In this document: one piece after another, positions 60,220-64,000 of the stretch
Numbering within the stretch: position 1 is the first letter of the stretch
Layout of the letters: every line of letters starts with the position of its first letter
DNA from: Dudresnaya verticillata
Taxonomy: Eukaryota
Direction of reading: 5' to 3'
DNA: 64,000 bases
Assembly: GCA_977862235.1 (NCBI GenBank)
Contig: OZ374559.1
Coordinates: 2,480,001-2,544,000, forward strand
Notes under the pieces: generated by a model
The model's database searches: none
What the model was told of the DNA's origin: nothing
What the model saw: the letters and a program-made list of their open reading frames with translations, nothing else
Position numbers and translations under genes: made by a program

Positions 60220-60818
60220 TGTAGCACAACGGGTCCAGCCCAGGAAGAGCAAAAAGAACAAAGGATACCTGTCCGGAACCGTCGTGCTCACGGGTAGCTC
60301 GGGTGTGGTAGAGGCTTGGTAGAATGGCACTAGGCCAGGAAAAGGGAAAAGGAAAAGGGGGACGCGACCCGGTATTCCGCAGGGAACCTGCCCTACGGTG
60401 ACGAGCCTGTATTTGGCGTCCAGAAAGGGAACGGCAAGCGCCCGGAATCCAGAAAATGGTCAAGACCGAGAAACGCCCCGTAGGGTTCAATCAGGGATGC
60501 CCTGCTATTCAGGGGACCAATAAATAGGGCTTGTGCCCGTGCTAATACTATCTACTACAGTGTACTGTACACGAATTACATTGAGCAATGGGAGGCGGAT
60601 CTACGCCCCCGTGGTGGCGTATAATCGGGAAATATCCCAGCGCCGCACCAATGATCAGGCGCCGATTGCGCGTCTGAGGCGCAGATGATTTCGCGCCAGG
60701 CGCCAATCACGTGTCGCATCATGGCGCAGCCCAGCAATGACAGAGTCTTACAGGGCATTGGCCCGTTACGACTTACAGCGTCGAACGCCCACTTGGCGCA
60801 AATAGCCGTTATGCCACA
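60220..60818 (-). mobile_element. Solo LTR (599 bp) inserted in copia gag
   Basis: Minus strand TGTGGCATA...GCTACA; CGAAG TSD at 60215-60219 and 60819-60823. Removal restores in-frame MDGTFVPLTDFE. Confidence 0.9.
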
Positions 60819-61092
60819 CGAAGGTCCCATCCATGCTGGTTATTTGGGCTTGGAGAGCGGCAATCTGCGCCGCGTGTTTGGACGAAAGGGCTGCATCGGC
60901 TGCAACGGGTGGAATGGGTTGATAGACAGAACCTGGGGCGGGGGGTGGAGGTGGAGCGCAGCGGGCACCACACGTAGCCGGAGACGGGTCGCCGCGGGAA
61001 GACGGGGCGGGTTCTGCCGGTCCAGCTGGGAACGGGGGAGGGGTTGTGGGGTGGGTGATTAAACGTTCTGAGCGCCGGAATCACGTAGTTCC

Positions 61093-64000
61093 TGTAGTGC
61101 AAACGTCGTTGACGGAACACCGCCGAGCAGTTCGGGGCTCGGTGGGTAGCGACGCCCGTGGCGGTGATTAGCCTCGCCTTGGGCGACTTGTGGTAGAGCA
61201 GTTGACTCGCCTTGGGCGGACTGTAAACGCCCGAGGCGGAAAGGAAGAACAAAAGAGAACAGAAAGGGAACACGTCAAGGACGGGTAGAGACGTGGAAGC
61301 ACGGGAGGTAGACGCTTAGCCGTAGGCAGCGGTAGGGTACGCGCGTGCTGAACGGGGACGTCTGGACCAAGGCCGGCTTGCCGGGGTTTACTGTGACGTC
61401 TGAGACGGATCAACTAAGTATAGAATTACCTAGCGGCGGCGACGCGGGTGTACGCGTCACGCGGGAACTCGGGACACGTGTTGTCCCGAGGCGCGTCTGA
61501 CAGATCCGTCCGTCATGCAGCCGCGCTCCTGACAGATCACGCGTAGCTTCCCCGCTCGAGTCCTTACACCTACACGTGGATTACTTCCTTACAGCCGCAT
61601 GCGCCCCATGGCGCCTGCGATCTCGATCCGCACGAATCTCGATCCAGTCCGGATTCGGGCCAGCCATGCGGATGCGCCAGGCTTACAGGCGCGTGCCTTA
61701 CTCCCCTTAATCTCGACGTCTGATCCCGATGTGGGATCCCGATTGGATCCGGATTCGGGCCACGCTTACAGCGAACGTTCCCGCCACTGCGCCACGCGCG
61801 TACGCGAGGCCCCGTGCAGTGCCCGGGTTCAGGCGTGCGGTCTGCACGCCAAGCGAGCCGTTCTGGCCCAAGTGGCCAGCGGCATGCGTCGGTGACGTGT
61901 TTGCGCCGCGGGTGGGCTGAGCGCGCCGTTGGCGGTCGTCCGTCGGTAGACGTTGCATATCAACCCGCTTGAAAGCGAAAACGGGGGACCCCCCTGGCAC
62001 TACACGACCCCCTCCGAAAACGCGAACACGTCAACCTGCTTCAGCCTGCCTGCCTTCCTGCGTCTGCGTTTCTTCCAGTGCCGATCGTGTCGGTCACTCG
62101 CGCCTTCGCGTCTGTATTTGCCCGCCCTTGGCGTTGGTTGAGCCCCGTCCAAGACGCACGTTCAGTTGCCCATCCGCCTTTGGCGTAGGAACAATTGCCG
62201 TCGAAGACGTGTCGTTGAGTAACTTCGCCAGTGGCGTGCGTGAAACCCCGTCGTTGACGTCGTATATATGCACGCGTGCGTGCGCTTATCGCCTAGGGCG
62301 TTTCTTTGAGGTTCGCCTTCGGCGTTGTTCGGTCCAGCGTCGTTGACGTGTGTTTTGTTTGCTTCCGCCTTTGGCGTAGTTGACTCGACTTCGGAGTCCA
62401 GGACCGTCGTTGACGTATCGTGTGAGTTTCGCCAGTGGCGTGTGATTGCCCAACGTCTCAGACGTAATGGCGCAGTTCAATGGCCTAAAAGTGGCTGCGC
62501 TTTCGGCGGCGCCGGTGTATCCGTCGCCCTTCGACTTTGCCGGGAGGACTCCCCGCAACGATGCGCGATTATTCTCGCGGGCCCCCTGGTTCGACCAGGA
62601 GGCCCTGCGACACGAGGACCTCATCACCCATTACGCTGTGAGCGGATTTCTGCCAGGGGAGTTGCCCCTGGCCGTCGTTTGGACGAACGAGTGGCGCCAT
62701 CGGTGCGCCATTCCGAGGGGTTGGCTGCGTATTGCCGCCGGTCAGACGCGTGCAGATGCGCATGCGCGTTTCGTCGTTGACGTGTATCGGCGGTTTACCC
62801 GCTATCCGGGGTCGGTATTGACGCCCACCGTCTTTGCATTTGACGCAGGGCAGTACTGCACAAATGGCGAAGTTGGGTATGGGGACCTTCTTGGGACGTT
62901 GTCATTAAGCCATGTGGCTGTTTCGGCTGAGCCGCGGGTGCTTCAGGAGGCTAACCTCCTTGGTGTACGCTTGAAAGCGGATTTCCGATACTTGCATAGG
63001 ACGGGCACCTTCTATTGGGAGTGCTGCGTCCGTTGGGAGTGCGAAACGCGCCGCCGCAGAGGCGCTTTTGTGCCGTATCAAGATACGCAAGTCGATCGCA
63101 TTGAGCGGGAAAAGTTGCCGCATTGCTTCATTCGCGTCCCGCCGTTGTGGTGGGACTTTGAGGTCTGCGAGGGCTTTGCGGCTGAGTTGCCCCCGTGTGT
63201 CACGTATATTGGCTCCGAGTTGCGGACGGATCCGTACTCCCGATGTTGGATCGTATTTTTCACCGAGTGGGTCATCAACGTAACTTACGCATGGATGTGG
63301 GAAGTGTATGACACCTTCCGGCTATATTATGTGCCGCCACGCGTAGTCAGCCTCCTTGGTGGGCTTGACTTGACCGAAGTGCTGGGCGGTGCCAGGAACT
63401 GTCAAGAGTTCTGGGATCTACGCCATGTGGCGGATAACGTCAACTGGGACGACCCGGCTGCTGTGCCGCCGGGAAACAGGCGCCGTAAGGCAAACTGTCC
63501 GCGTTACGCGATGAGTAGGAATCATTCCGCCTGTGGCGATTGGGTATGGTACAAACCGTGGACCAAACGTCTTACGACGGAGAACATCGCTGAGAGCCAT
63601 CGTCGTATGGACCGCTTCACGCCAGCGAATCACCCACGTGGGTTGCGCAAGAATTGCGACTTTGCGGGGGACTTCCCACCCCACTTGAGCGCCTTGATGG
63701 CGGAGGAGGATGCGTTCCACGCTAGCAGCGGACCGGTTAACCCGTCTGGGACGGACGTCATTACGCCTATGGCGGTTGAGCTTACTGCCGGGGTGACAGC
63801 TCCCGCGACGATTTCGCCAGCCGTGGTAGGACCGTCGGCTGTGGTGCCTGTTGGCTTGCCGTCGGTTGTGCCGTTGGATCTCTCGGCGCCCGTCAATGAC
63901 GGTGATGGTGATGTCATCATTTCTGCGCCCGTGGCGAGTTCTGCGTCTGCAGTTACGCCTCAAGGCGGCTTGTCCAACGTCGCTGACGGTGCGAATCGCC
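61093..64000 (-). mobile_element. 3' end of a third gypsy-like element (3' LTR 61093-62004, PPT ~62005-62020), continuing off the right edge
   Basis: TGTAGTGC...GCACTACA 8-bp terminal inverted repeat; GGAGGGGGTCG directly precedes it on the minus strand; repeated CTGTAAG. No pol in view. Confidence 0.75.
62467..64000 (+). CDS. Uninterrupted antisense ORF of the LTR element (511 codons in window, open off the right edge), unknown function
   Basis: Hand translation MAQFNGLKVAALSAAPVYP...FDAGQY...LHRTGTFYWE...VPPLWWDFE...WVWYKPW...ADGANR has no stop; TATATA at ~62263. Confidence 0.8.
   Translation, partial: MAQFNGLKVAALSAAPVYPSPFDFAGRTPRNDARLFSRAPWFDQEALRHEDLITHYAVSGFLPGELPLAVVWTNEWRHRCAIPRGWLRIAAGQTRADAHARFVVDVYRRFTRYPGSVLTPTVFAFDAGQYCTNGEVGYGDLLGTLSLSHVAVSAEPRVLQEANLLGVRLKADFRYLHRTGTFYWECCVRWECETRRRRGAFVPYQDTQVDRIEREKLPHCFIRVPPLWWDFEVCEGFAAELPPCVTYIGSELRTDPYSRCWIVFFTEWVINVTYAWMWEVYDTFRLYYVPPRVVSLLGGLDLTEVLGGARNCQEFWDLRHVADNVNWDDPAAVPPGNRRRKANCPRYAMSRNHSACGDWVWYKPWTKRLTTENIAESHRRMDRFTPANHPRGLRKNCDFAGDFPPHLSALMAEEDAFHASSGPVNPSGTDVITPMAVELTAGVTAPATISPAVVGPSAVVPVGLPSVVPLDLSAPVNDGDGDVIISAPVASSASAVTPQGGLSNVADGANR

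Larger units (their letters stand above)
43071..61092 (-). mobile_element. Decayed Ty1/copia element hosting nested insertions (host pieces 43071-45177, 58495-60219, 60819-61092)
   Basis: Order gag (CVNCGSLDHHHLRC knuckle, 59057-59824), integrase C-terminus (AMNDTMGPDGLVPSLLVFG, ~58800-58960), RT (LKPLYGL, YFDD), RNase H (TDSKCLFD, NPADALMK). Protease and most of the integrase are absent. Confidence 0.88.

Noticed and set aside
60505..60520. TGGTCCCCTGAATAG (minus strand) as the copia PBS
   Set aside because: It lies inside the TSD-bounded solo LTR 60220-60818.

Overview
Eukaryotic, TE-rich genomic DNA. Intron-less host genes and the retroelement types suggest a red macroalga (inference only). 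The main structure is a ~28.4 kb palindrome: arms at 5744-15798 and 24501-34152 flank an 8.7 kb spacer whose only clear gene is a long-chain mannitol 2-dehydrogenase (19235-20743). Each arm carries a five-finger C2H2 zinc-finger gene, a secreted six-bladed tectonin-type beta-propeller lectin and a WD40 relic. Target-site duplications (TSDs) suggest the right arm was copied from the left by ectopic recombination between two inverted CRE-like LINE copies. A 4.5 kb tyrosine-recombinase (DIRS/PAT-like) retrotransposon sits just outside the right arm; it has long dual-frame overlapping ORFs and an unusual repeat layout. The last ~21 kb is a decayed Ty1/copia element carrying three nested Ty3/gypsy-type insertions: a 13.3 kb chromovirus, a solo LTR and the 3' end of a third element. 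The LTR elements carry large antisense ORFs of unknown function; two of these run open off the window edges and are missing from the ORF track. No rRNA, tRNA or CRISPR array was seen.
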